Of a stretch of DNA of 64,000 bases, positions 51,873-62,286 are shown piece after piece. The notes under the pieces are model-generated. The model was given only the letters and a program-made list of their open reading frames with translations, was not told the origin of the DNA and did no database searches. Position 1 is the stretch's first letter, and each line of letters starts with the position of its first letter. Both the position numbers and the translations under genes were made by a program. The DNA comes from Nitrospirota bacterium (GTDB lineage: Bacteria; Nitrospirota; JACRHJ01). The DNA lies in contig CAWJRJ010000030.1 in assembly GCA_963845245.1 (NCBI GenBank), positions 31,837 to 95,836 on the forward strand, in the 5' to 3' direction.

Positions 51873-53092
51873 TGTCTCGTGTAATTCTGCATATCGACAT
51901 GAACGCCTTCTTCGCCTCGGTGGAGCAGGTATCAAACCCGAAACTCCGGGGCAAACCGATCGCGGTCGTGGGCAGTAGCCACAGGACGGTCATCACCACG
52001 GCCTCATACGAGGCGCGCGCGATGGGCGTGAAGACCGGTATGAACGTGCCGGAGGCCAGAAGGGCCTGCCCGAGCCTGATACTGGTCGTGGGCGACAACC
52101 GCAAGTACACCTCGGCCAATGCGAAGATGCTTGAGGTGTTCAGCCGGTACACGCCGATAGTTGAGGTGTTCTCGATAGACGAGGCGTTCCTCGACGTCAC
52201 CGCCTCATGCCTGCTGTTCGGGGGCGGGGCGGACATCGCACAGAAGATAAAGAACGACATAACGAAGGCGATAGGCATAACATGCTCGGTGGGCGTCGCA
52301 CCAAACAAGCTGCTCGCGAAGCTCGCCTCCGACATGCAGAAACCGGACGGGCTGACCATAATCGAGCCGGAACGGGTGTCAGAGGTGATGGAGAACCTGC
52401 CCGCGAGCGAGCTGTGCGGCATAGGACCAAACCTTACCACTACTCTTGCCGCGATGGGCATCAAAACCTGCGGCGAGCTTGGACGCGCGTCCGCATCAGC
52501 GCTCCGGAGCCGGTTCGGGATAATCGGCGAGCGGCTAAAGCTTATGGGCATGGGTATAGACGAGTCGGATGTGATGCCCATGGGCGAGGAGGAAGAGGCG
52601 AAGTCTGTCGGCCACAGCATGACGCTGGGGCACGACACAGGCGACAAGGAGGAGCTTGCTGTATACCTGCTCCAGCTCTCCGAGATGGTGGGCCGCCGGA
52701 TGCGCAGGGGTAACTACCTGGGCGACACTATAACCCTGACACTGCGATATTCCGACTTCCGCACATTCTCGCAATCGATGCGTTTCAAAAAACCCGTGAA
52801 TGATGGCCTCGATATATATATAATGGCGATGAAGCTGTTCAGGCCGTTCAGGCTCGCGATGAAGGTGCGGCTGGTAGGCGTGAGCGTGTCCGGCCTCACC
52901 TGCGACCCGATGCAGGTAAGCCTGTTCGAGCACGACCGCAAGAGGTCTGCGGTGACGGATGCCATGGATACGATAAACGACCGCTACGGGGAGTTCACAG
53001 TGACCTGGGGCGCGCTGCTGGCGCGGCACCGCCACAAGGGGGTAATAGCCCCGGCCTGGCGTCCCGAGGGCACAAAGAGGGTGGAGTACTAA
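51872..53092 (+). CDS. dinB: Y-family DNA polymerase (DinB-like), catalytically intact
   Basis: HIDMNAFFASVE, ASYEARAMGV, FSIDEAFLD, NKLLAKLASD..KPDG; QVSLF clamp motif; C-terminal MDTINDRYG...VTWG. Confidence 0.95.
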   Translation: MSRVILHIDMNAFFASVEQVSNPKLRGKPIAVVGSSHRTVITTASYEARAMGVKTGMNVPEARRACPSLILVVGDNRKYTSANAKMLEVFSRYTPIVEVFSIDEAFLDVTASCLLFGGGADIAQKIKNDITKAIGITCSVGVAPNKLLAKLASDMQKPDGLTIIEPERVSEVMENLPASELCGIGPNLTTTLAAMGIKTCGELGRASASALRSRFGIIGERLKLMGMGIDESDVMPMGEEEEAKSVGHSMTLGHDTGDKEELAVYLLQLSEMVGRRMRRGNYLGDTITLTLRYSDFRTFSQSMRFKKPVNDGLDIYIMAMKLFRPFRLAMKVRLVGVSVSGLTCDPMQVSLFEHDRKRSAVTDAMDTINDRYGEFTVTWGALLARHRHKGVIAPAWRPEGTKRVEY

Positions 53093-53093
53093 T

Positions 53094-53723
53094 ATGGGCG
53101 AAGGGCTTACAAAAAGACAGCGAGCGATACTGGCGTTCATAGAGTCAGAGACTGCCCGGCGCGGCATCCCGCCAACTGTGCGCGAGGTCGCGTCGCATTT
53201 CGGGATGGCTTCGCCAAACGGCGCCGCCTGCCATATAAAGGCGCTCGAAGACAAGGGATACCTGGTGCGTGAGCCGGGCCTGTCGCGCGGCATCAGGACG
53301 TCCCATGCCGTTAATGCAAAACAGGAACATCCCCCCATCGGTTTCCCCCTGCTCGGCGAGGTAGCGGCTGGCATGCCCTCGCTTGCGGTACAGACCGAGG
53401 GCGAGGCCGTCACGCTTAACGAGGTTTCCGGGGCGAGGCCGGGCGATTTCCTGCTGAAGGTAAAGGGCGAGTCCATGACCGGAGCCGGGATAAACCCGGG
53501 CGATACCGCAGTAGTGCGCCCCGGCCGGGAGATACGAAACGGCGAGATAGCAGTGGTTATGGTAGGCGAAGAAGATGCGACTATCAAGCGCTATTACAGG
53601 GGACATGACGGCCACATCCGTCTGGTGCCCGAAAACCCTGCTTTTGAACAGGTCACAATAGACCCCACCGTTACGCCGGTAACCATAATAGGCAAGGTTG
53701 CAGGCATCCTGCGCAGATATTGA
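53094..53723 (+). CDS. lexA: SOS repressor LexA
   Basis: LTKRQ..IL.FI......G.PPTVRE...FG..SPNG...HIKALE.KG wHTH; VAAG cleavage site; GESM (Ser) and TIKR (Lys). Confidence 0.95.
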   Translation: MGEGLTKRQRAILAFIESETARRGIPPTVREVASHFGMASPNGAACHIKALEDKGYLVREPGLSRGIRTSHAVNAKQEHPPIGFPLLGEVAAGMPSLAVQTEGEAVTLNEVSGARPGDFLLKVKGESMTGAGINPGDTAVVRPGREIRNGEIAVVMVGEEDATIKRYYRGHDGHIRLVPENPAFEQVTIDPTVTPVTIIGKVAGILRRY

Positions 53724-53844
53724 TTATTAATTAGCCATTTTTGTCCATCCATCTTTTTTTACTCTCGCAATTAAATATTTTATGCAGTATAGTATTGGGA
53801 GTTCTAATGTCGGGAAATACTGTCCTGCTCTCAGAGAGGTTTTC

Positions 53845-54594
53845 ATGCCGGCAAGGCTCCGTGTTATAGCTATAAGGTTTATGGCAGCCGTCCTCCTTGT
53901 ATCCACCCCGTTATACGCCCACGCAGGCGTTGAAGTACCCCCCCAGAACGTAAAAGAACTTATCCCCAAAATAATATCCGCCTACGGCGGCGAGGATGCC
54001 GTAAGGAGAGCGAAGAGGGCATATGCCACCGGCGACATAGCTGCCTTCATGCGAAACGACAAAGGCACATATACCAGATACTTTGAGCGCGGCCGGAAAC
54101 TGCGTGTTGAGACCACATACGTAAGCGGCTCGTCCGAACTCAGAATATTAAACGGTAAAGTCGGCTGGCGGCGCATGGACAGGACCCCGCTGATGGAGGT
54201 AAAGGAATACCTGCTGCTTTCCATGGTCTACCAGTACAAACAACTCGACATGCCTTACGGGCTTCTGACCGGCCAATACAATATCTCGGAAGACGGCAAC
54301 AGCACCATAAACGGGGCCGATGTCGTGGTGCTGGACGTGGAGGACGGCGAAGGCCCTCCCATGAAGATATACGTCGACACAAAGAGCTTCCGCATTGTCA
54401 GGACCGAGGGATACTTTTTTGTAAAAGGCAACCTGACCAGTCTGGGAGCGGACTTCGGAGACTTCAGGAAAGTCGAGGGACTTCTTCTTCCTTTCAAGGT
54501 GACCAACTCCGCCAACGGCCAGCCCATCAGCGAGACCATCATCAAAAGATACAAGATAAACCCGGCCATGGAAGGGTCACTTTTCAAACCTTAA
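53845..54594 (+). CDS. Secreted protein, outer-membrane lipoprotein-sorting (LolA-like) fold candidate
   Basis: Signal peptide; I..AYGG..A, .Y.D......R and DFRKVEG..LPF pattern typical of this family. Confidence 0.6.
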   Translation: MPARLRVIAIRFMAAVLLVSTPLYAHAGVEVPPQNVKELIPKIISAYGGEDAVRRAKRAYATGDIAAFMRNDKGTYTRYFERGRKLRVETTYVSGSSELRILNGKVGWRRMDRTPLMEVKEYLLLSMVYQYKQLDMPYGLLTGQYNISEDGNSTINGADVVVLDVEDGEGPPMKIYVDTKSFRIVRTEGYFFVKGNLTSLGADFGDFRKVEGLLLPFKVTNSANGQPISETIIKRYKINPAMEGSLFKP

Positions 54595-54753
54595 GGCATC
54601 CATCATGGCCCTGATTTAGTGCCGTGTCCGTCATCCGACTCCTTTTGCTAACTCTAACCCATACCTGACAATCCTGCTTCTATACTGTTTTACAAGAACC
54701 CTACATTATGTTATTATTGATTATAATGTTGTTTTTTTATACGAGGACTGCCG

Positions 54754-55908
54754 ATGGAACCGTTAAGCGTATTACTGGTTGACGATGAGCCGTCAATGAC
54801 AGATATGATGAAGGTAGTCCTTTCCAATAAAGCCCCTCATTTCTCACTCTCGGCAACAAACAGCGGCCAGGAATGTCTCGAATATCTATCCGCCAACAAA
54901 GTGGACTGCATCATCTCCGACTATCAGATGCCGGAAATGGACGGCATGGAGCTGTTGAAGAATATCCGGATACAAGGCAACAAAGTCCCGTTCATATTCT
55001 TCACGGGTCAGGGTAACGAAGAGGTGGCAAGGGAGGCATTCAAGGAAGGTGCCAACGACTACTTCACCAAGAGCGTGGGTTTCGCCCATTTTACAAGGAT
55101 AATCAATTCAGTTGAGCAGGCCATAAAACAACGGCTTGCCAGTGAAGCCCATGCCAAGGCAGAGAAGGAGTGGGAAGAGACCTTTAATGCAATTGACGAC
55201 ATTGTCACCATCCAGGATACGGATTTCGTGATACTCCGCGCCAACAAGGCGGCGTGCAGGTTGTTTGACATGGAATGCAAGGACATAACAGGCAGGAAAT
55301 GCTACGAACTGTTCCACGGTACATCGGGACCTGTAGATAAATGTCCAGGCGCGGCACTATTAAAAGAGCTTGTGAATGGCAATCGGTATGGCATTCCCCA
55401 AAATGAACACGCTGCGGTGCTATCGCATGAAGTCCCGGTCAGGGACAGGATATACGAGGTCAGCATATATCCCATGTGGGAGATCGGCGGCGGCTTTAAG
55501 TCATTCGTCCACGTGGCCAAGGATATTACGGAACGCAAGCAGACGATCGAGAACATCCAGAAGACAAACGAGATGTTGTCCACCGAATTGCAGTCGGTTC
55601 AGTTCGGGATGATGGTGGTGGGCAAAGACCGCAAGATCAAACAGATCAACCGCACGGCACTGGATATGATGGGGTTTGGTTCTGAAGCTGAAATCGTGGG
55701 CAGGGTCTGCCACGAGACAATATGCCCGGCCCAAGCAGGCTCGTGTCCTGTCCTTGACCTTGGCATGAGGGTGGATATGTCCGAAAAGATTATCCTGCGA
55801 CATGATGGTGGAAAAATACCCGTAATGAAATCCGTAAGCATCATCAATATCGGCGGGGAAGACGTTCTTCTTGAAACCTTTGTGATATCCAGGCAAAAGG
55901 CGGCATAA
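54754..55908 (+). CDS. Response regulator REC-PAS-PAS without an output domain
   Basis: LLVDDE, IISDYQMPEMDG (phospho-Asp), FTGQGNEEVA; PAS1 with CYELFHG...CP and DITERK; PAS2 with CHETICPA..G.CP. Confidence 0.88.
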   Translation: MEPLSVLLVDDEPSMTDMMKVVLSNKAPHFSLSATNSGQECLEYLSANKVDCIISDYQMPEMDGMELLKNIRIQGNKVPFIFFTGQGNEEVAREAFKEGANDYFTKSVGFAHFTRIINSVEQAIKQRLASEAHAKAEKEWEETFNAIDDIVTIQDTDFVILRANKAACRLFDMECKDITGRKCYELFHGTSGPVDKCPGAALLKELVNGNRYGIPQNEHAAVLSHEVPVRDRIYEVSIYPMWEIGGGFKSFVHVAKDITERKQTIENIQKTNEMLSTELQSVQFGMMVVGKDRKIKQINRTALDMMGFGSEAEIVGRVCHETICPAQAGSCPVLDLGMRVDMSEKIILRHDGGKIPVMKSVSIINIGGEDVLLETFVISRQKAA

Positions 55909-55944
55909 GCTTAACAGACAATTATTGCACTGGAAGGAAAGCGA

Positions 55945-55970
55945 AAAAGGGAGGCATATGCCTCCCTTTT
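55945..55970. terminator. Bidirectional terminator between the REC-PAS gene and yajC
   Basis: AAAAGGGAGGCAT-ATGCCTCCCTTTT palindrome with A/T flanks between convergent genes. Confidence 0.85.
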
Positions 55971-55997
55971 AAATTACGACCACCGAAAACCCAGGGT

Positions 55998-56344
55998 CTA
56001 CTTTTCCTCGCTGCTCTCCTCGCCGGACGCAAGGCCTGCGATATAGCTCCTGGCGACCTTTATCTTCACGTTCTCGGAGACTATCAACACCACCTGTACC
56101 GGGGTCAGCGAGAAAATCGTCCCGTAAATCCCGCCGCTGGTGATAACGCTGTCGCCCTTCTTCAGGTTGTCAAGCACAGCCTTATGCTCCTTCGCCTTCT
56201 TCTGCTGGGGCCGTATCAACAGGAAGTAAAAAATACCGAAGATGATAATCAGCGGGAAAAGCGACTGAAACATGCTCGGCGCACTTGCCGCACCTGCCGC
56301 GCCTCCGCCCGGCGCACCCATTGCGTATGCCACTGCAACTAACA

Positions 56345-56345
<1 letters not shown>
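55998..56345 (-). CDS. yajC: Preprotein translocase subunit YajC
   Basis: IFYFLLIRPQQKK..EH..L..LKKGD.VITSGGIYG. Confidence 0.96.
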
Positions 56346-57494
<1,149 letters not shown>

Positions 57495-57515
57495 CCAAAT
57501 AAAAACTATTTCGGA

Positions 57516-58592
57516 TTACCTTATAAGCGCTTCAAGTGCAGCAAGCAGCATCCTGTTCTCCTGCCTGCCCTTTACAGCCACCCTCAAATATTCGCCGTCC
57601 AGCCCCCTGTAGTTCGAGCAACTGCGCACCAGTATACCCCTTGAGGCAAGTTTTTCGACCACATCGTCCGCTGGAACTTCTGTTTTTATAAGGATGAAGT
57701 TTGACGATGAGGGACACGGCTCGATGCCATCGATTCTTTTAAGCCGGTTGTACAGGTAGTCCTTCTCGAGCCTGAACAGGCTGAGGCTCCTCTCCGCATA
57801 GCCCGGGTCCGAAAGGGCAGCTGCAGCGGCCTCGTGCGCAAGGGAGTTGACGCTCCAGGGCTCCGCTTCCTTTGATAACTTCTTTATCAAATCGGGACGG
57901 GCAACCAGATAGCCAAGCCTTAGCCCCGGCATGCCATAGAATTTGGTGAAGTTCCTAAGTACGGCGACACCTCTTGCCGATGCCGCCTCTCTTACGATTG
58001 AATGCTCCGGGGCATATTCTATGAATGCCTCGTCTATTACCGCGAACGCCCCTGCCTTACTTGCTATATTGAGCATATCAAGGACCATGTCTTTCGCGAT
58101 CAAGGTGCCGGTAGGGTTATTCGGGTTGCAAAGAAACACGATGTCCGCCCCGGAAACGGATTTTTTGAACCTGTCCATATCAGGCACGAAACCGTCTTTT
58201 TCCCGAAGTTTCATATAATCTAAACTGCACCCGGCTATCGTCAGTGAGCGCTCATAGTCTGAAAAAGAGGGCACGGGCAGAAGGGCCCTCTTGGGACGCA
58301 GCACTCGCGGGATGAGATATATCAACTCTGTGGAGCCGTTTCCTGGCAGGATACAGCCGCGGTCCACCTGAAGGTGTTTTGACAGGGCATCCTTTATCAC
58401 GGTCGAATCCGGGTCAGGGTAATTGATCAACGACGGTATCGCGGCCTTGATTGCCGCAACTGCCGCCTTTGGCGGACCAAGTGGGTTAATGCTGGCGGAG
58501 AAATCGACTATCTTCTCTATCGGTATACCGTACTTGCGCGAATAATGGTAGATGTTACCGCCGTGCTGCGGCGTGTTTCCGGAATTCTTCAA
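57516..58592 (-). CDS. cobD: L-threonine-O-3-phosphate decarboxylase (CobD, PLP class I/II)
   Basis: HGGN, DFSASINPLG, YPDP, GNGSTELI, CNPNNPTG, DEAF and TKFYGMPGLRLG; next to cbiB. Confidence 0.88.
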   Translation of the reverse strand: MKNSGNTPQHGGNIYHYSRKYGIPIEKIVDFSASINPLGPPKAAVAAIKAAIPSLINYPDPDSTVIKDALSKHLQVDRGCILPGNGSTELIYLIPRVLRPKRALLPVPSFSDYERSLTIAGCSLDYMKLREKDGFVPDMDRFKKSVSGADIVFLCNPNNPTGTLIAKDMVLDMLNIASKAGAFAVIDEAFIEYAPEHSIVREAASARGVAVLRNFTKFYGMPGLRLGYLVARPDLIKKLSKEAEPWSVNSLAHEAAAAALSDPGYAERSLSLFRLEKDYLYNRLKRIDGIEPCPSSSNFILIKTEVPADDVVEKLASRGILVRSCSNYRGLDGEYLRVAVKGRQENRMLLAALEALIR

Positions 58593-59566
58593 TAAAGTCC
58601 CCTGTATATAATGGCACTGATAACCACTGACATTGCAAGTCCAAGCATGGATGCCCCATACATAAGCCTGACTGCATCTTCAATCCTTGCTGCGGTCAGT
58701 TCGTTGTCCGGGTCTCCAATGAAAGGCTTAACGCTTTTTTTCCCGAAATAGCTGTTTTCCCCACCCAGTCTGACGCCGAGTGCCCCTGCCACGGCGGCCT
58801 CCGGGTAACCGCTGTTGGGACTGGAGTGCTTCTTATGGTCACGCACAAGCACCTTCCACGCCCCTGCGAAGGAGTAACGGCCATCCCCGGAAAGAAAAAA
58901 GGATGACACCACATACAAAAGTCCGGTCAGCCTTGCCGGAATAAAGTTGGCTATGTCGTCTAGACGCGCGGCCGCCCGACCCAGGTAGTTGTACCGCTCG
59001 CTCCTGTATCCGATCATAGAGTCCATCGTATTGACGGCCTTGTAGGCCATCGCAAGCGGCGGCCCGCCTATGGCAAGGTATAATAGCGGCGCGATTATCC
59101 CATCAGACGTGTTTTCCGCGACTGTCTCGACTGTGCCGCGCGAGACCTCATGCCCGTCCAGCTCGCCGGTATCCCTTCCCACGACCATCGAAAGCCTGTT
59201 TCTTGCCAGTTTTATGTCGCCTTCCTTCAGAGGCCCCATGACATCACGGGCGGCTACAGCCAGCCCTTTCGCGGAGACGGTAGTATAGGCGATGAGGACC
59301 CAAGCCGCCATATACCCTACTGCGCCAAACCATAAATGGACCGCCTTCAAGATATAAAACGTACAGAAATAAGCAACAAGGGTGACGGTCAGGACTATGA
59401 AGAGACCCGAAGCGAGGTCCGCATATTTTTTGCCGATAAAAAGTTTTTTATCGAGATAGGCTATCAACGCCCCTAAGGTTCGGACAGGGTGCGGCAGAAA
59501 CCCGGGGTCGCCCAGTAACATGTCCAGAAAAAACGCGAGGGTAATCGAGATGGGTTCCATTGTCAA
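58589..59566 (-). CDS. cbiB: Adenosylcobinamide-phosphate synthase CbiB
   Basis: LD.LLGDP...HPV, VGRDT, VETVAENTSDG, YKAVNTMDSMIG, AARLDD.ANFIPAR and SPNSGYPEAA. Confidence 0.96.
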   Translation of the reverse strand: MTMEPISITLAFFLDMLLGDPGFLPHPVRTLGALIAYLDKKLFIGKKYADLASGLFIVLTVTLVAYFCTFYILKAVHLWFGAVGYMAAWVLIAYTTVSAKGLAVAARDVMGPLKEGDIKLARNRLSMVVGRDTGELDGHEVSRGTVETVAENTSDGIIAPLLYLAIGGPPLAMAYKAVNTMDSMIGYRSERYNYLGRAAARLDDIANFIPARLTGLLYVVSSFFLSGDGRYSFAGAWKVLVRDHKKHSSPNSGYPEAAVAGALGVRLGGENSYFGKKSVKPFIGDPDNELTAARIEDAVRLMYGASMLGLAMSVVISAIIYRGLY

Positions 59567-62286
59567 CCCATATCACCGGCCGTAAGCTGCGAGACCTTCG
59601 CAAGGAGTTCCGACGGCTTGAACGGCTTGGTTATATAATCCACCGCACCGGCCTTGAACCCCCTTTCGATCTCCCACCGCTGCACGCCCGCCGTGAACAT
59701 GGCGACAGGGACGCCCTTTGTCCTCTCATCGCTTTTCAGCATCTCGCAGACCTCATACCCGTTCATGTCCTCCATATATACGTCGAGTAAGATAAGGTCG
59801 AACGTCCCGTTCCTCGCCATATCGAGGCCTTCTCCGCCGTTGTCCGCAAGGCTAACGTCATATTTTTCACTCAACACTATCCTGGTTAGGGTCTGTATAT
59901 CCTGGTCGTCTTCGATGAGCAGCACTTTCTTTTTCGTAGGCAGCAATACGGTAGATGTATCCCTGCCGGCGACAGATTTCTCCGCCTCAACGAAGCCGGC
60001 CTCGAGTTTCTCCAAGGCTACAGCTGCAGAATCCTCGTGGGCACGTACAATTTTATCAGCCTTAACGGGAAGGGCAATATGGAATGTGCTCCCCGGACAT
60101 TTTTCAGGGTCAAACCCAGGGCTCTCAGCCCACAGCCTTCCACCGTGCGCCTCAATTATCCCCCGGGCTATGGGGAGTCCAAGGCCAACTCCCCTTCCCA
60201 GGAAAGCATATTTGCTTGTTGCGTGTTTGTCTATCTCACCAACTTCATAAAATTTCTCAAAGATACGGTCGAGCTCCTCGCGTTCAAGTCCAATGCCGCT
60301 GTCTTTGACCGTAATCTCAATGTAGCTGATTTTCTCCGTGGAGCCTGTCATATCTTTGAAACGGCCTTCTGGTGCTGCCTCAAACCGGCCAAAGTCAATC
60401 CATATACGTCCACCGTCCGGTGTAAACTTTATAGCGTTCCCGACGAGGTTCAGCAGTACCTGCGACATCTTGTTCCTGTCGGCCATAACATCGGGAAGGT
60501 CGGAGTAATCACCAACCACCACTTCCTGCTTGCGCTCCTTAACGAATGTGTTGAGTTCCCTCAGGACATCTTCCAGGAGCAAGCCCATATTTAACGGAGC
60601 AAAAACCAGCCTTAAGCCCTTTGCATCTATCTGCGATATATCAAGCATCTCTCCGACAATGGCCTTCAACCTTTCAGCACCCTTGGCTATCCCCTCAAAA
60701 GCCTCCACGATGGCTGGGTCTAACGATATTTCGCTGTCGGCCAGCATATTGCTCGAATATCCCGTTATCAGCGAGAGAGGCGTCCGTAGTTCATGCGACA
60801 TCATGCCAAGGAAATGGTCTTTCATCCTGTCCATCCGCCTGAGTTCGATATTTGCACGCTCCACGATTTCCAGGTTCTCCCTTACCCTGTTCCTGGATTC
60901 CTCGAGTTCCGCGGCAAAACTCTTCATATCCTCCTGTGACAATTCCAGCGCAGCCGTCCGCTCATCCAAGTCTTCCATCATCGAAAAAAGAGCACGGTTC
61001 AGGTCTTCGAGCTCCTGAGTCCTCGTCTTCACCTTCTCCTCAAGAGACTGTGCCAATGACACCAACTCGCGGTTGGCGCTTTCCAGCTCGGCTCCTTTCT
61101 CGTCAACCTGCCGCCTGTATTCCATCAAGGCGGTTGCCATGTGGTTGAAAGAAACCGCCAGGCTGCCGATCTCATCCTTTCCCGTTACAGGGATGCTTAC
61201 GCTGAAGTCGCCTTCGGATATCCTACCTGCGAGCTGGTTCATCAGGGTGATCGGACCCGCTATCCGGGTCGAGACAAAATAGGTGAGTATTAAAACAAGG
61301 ACCAAGGTACCGGCCATTGTAAAAGCCACCCGGCGTGTAAGTTGTTCGACGGATGAGAAGGCATCGTCATAGTCCTCCTTGACCACAAGCCCCCATTTTG
61401 TTTCCGGGATGTAACGATATGCGGCAAGGACTCTCACGCCCCTGTAATCCGTGGCCTCCGTGATGCCATCGCCGCCTCCGGATGATAACAGGGCCGGCTT
61501 CGGGGCACCAGAGTCCGCCTTGTATCTGAGTTCCAGAGGCGCATACGGCTGCCACCTGGGCCTGTTAAGAAAAACAACATAGTCGCCTTCCCTTCTGGTA
61601 ATCAGGGTATCGCCTGTCCTACCCATGCCGGGCCAGCCTGCAAAAATCGGGTAAAAGCTCTCGTCCATGCTGACGATTACCACGGCCACTCCGCCGGCTC
61701 TGGCTTGGTTGGAATAATCCATAACAGCGCCTGAGAACGCCATTACTATCTTGCCCAGGTGCCGGTCTTTGTAAACATCCTGGATATATGTCGAGCCGGG
61801 TTTTTGCTTCAACGCCCCGAGGAAATACTGTTCGTCTGACCTGGAACTGCCCACAGTACTTTCGTCAGAGGAAACCACTACAGTGCCTTTATCGTCAAGG
61901 ACGAGCACTTGTAAATAATCGTGGTTTCTTCTCATGGAATTCAGTTGTTGCAAAATCTTTTGGTAACTGCGGGTCTTTTTGAAAATGGACGGGTCCTTCA
62001 TGGTCTTCAGCGCTTCAAGGCCTTGCGCCACCTGGTCGTCTTTGGCCAAAAACCTTGCATCGCTTATCCGCTCGGAAATCCAAGCACGGATGCGGCCTTT
62101 CTGGATGTCGGCTATTGATGTGAGTTGTCCCCTTATCCTCTCCCTGAGGGCGGCATTCTCGCTCTGGTAGGCCATCACCCCTATGAACAACAAAGGGACC
62201 ACCAATAGCAGCATATAGTAGAATACCAGCTTCCCCTTTATGCTGCCAATGAGCTTGATGCTTTTTATTTTTTCAAGGAGTTTCAA
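59563..62286 (-). CDS. Membrane hybrid sensor histidine kinase (Cache-HAMP-HisKA-HATPase-REC)
   Basis: Two TMs around a periplasmic Cache-like domain, HAMP (DEIGSLAVSFN), SHELRTPL, NLVGNAIKFT, DSGIG, GLGL and a C-terminal receiver (LILLDVYM, KPF). Confidence 0.93.
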   Translation of the reverse strand: MKLLEKIKSIKLIGSIKGKLVFYYMLLLVVPLLFIGVMAYQSENAALRERIRGQLTSIADIQKGRIRAWISERISDARFLAKDDQVAQGLEALKTMKDPSIFKKTRSYQKILQQLNSMRRNHDYLQVLVLDDKGTVVVSSDESTVGSSRSDEQYFLGALKQKPGSTYIQDVYKDRHLGKIVMAFSGAVMDYSNQARAGGVAVVIVSMDESFYPIFAGWPGMGRTGDTLITRREGDYVVFLNRPRWQPYAPLELRYKADSGAPKPALLSSGGGDGITEATDYRGVRVLAAYRYIPETKWGLVVKEDYDDAFSSVEQLTRRVAFTMAGTLVLVLILTYFVSTRIAGPITLMNQLAGRISEGDFSVSIPVTGKDEIGSLAVSFNHMATALMEYRRQVDEKGAELESANRELVSLAQSLEEKVKTRTQELEDLNRALFSMMEDLDERTAALELSQEDMKSFAAELEESRNRVRENLEIVERANIELRRMDRMKDHFLGMMSHELRTPLSLITGYSSNMLADSEISLDPAIVEAFEGIAKGAERLKAIVGEMLDISQIDAKGLRLVFAPLNMGLLLEDVLRELNTFVKERKQEVVVGDYSDLPDVMADRNKMSQVLLNLVGNAIKFTPDGGRIWIDFGRFEAAPEGRFKDMTGSTEKISYIEITVKDSGIGLEREELDRIFEKFYEVGEIDKHATSKYAFLGRGVGLGLPIARGIIEAHGGRLWAESPGFDPEKCPGSTFHIALPVKADKIVRAHEDSAAVALEKLEAGFVEAEKSVAGRDTSTVLLPTKKKVLLIEDDQDIQTLTRIVLSEKYDVSLADNGGEGLDMARNGTFDLILLDVYMEDMNGYEVCEMLKSDERTKGVPVAMFTAGVQRWEIERGFKAGAVDYITKPFKPSELLAKVSQLTAGDMG

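Noticed and set aside
52535..53587. Long antisense or overlapping ORFs (this one and many others in the ORF track, e.g. 17665..18660, 46035..46919, 51619..52647)
   Set aside because: They are shadows of well-conserved genes in GC-rich DNA, with no recognisable motifs or RBS.
47496..55997. Prophage or integrative element
   Set aside because: No integrase, phage structural genes, tRNA anchor or att repeats were seen, and the LexA is an SOS-type repressor linked to a polymerase.
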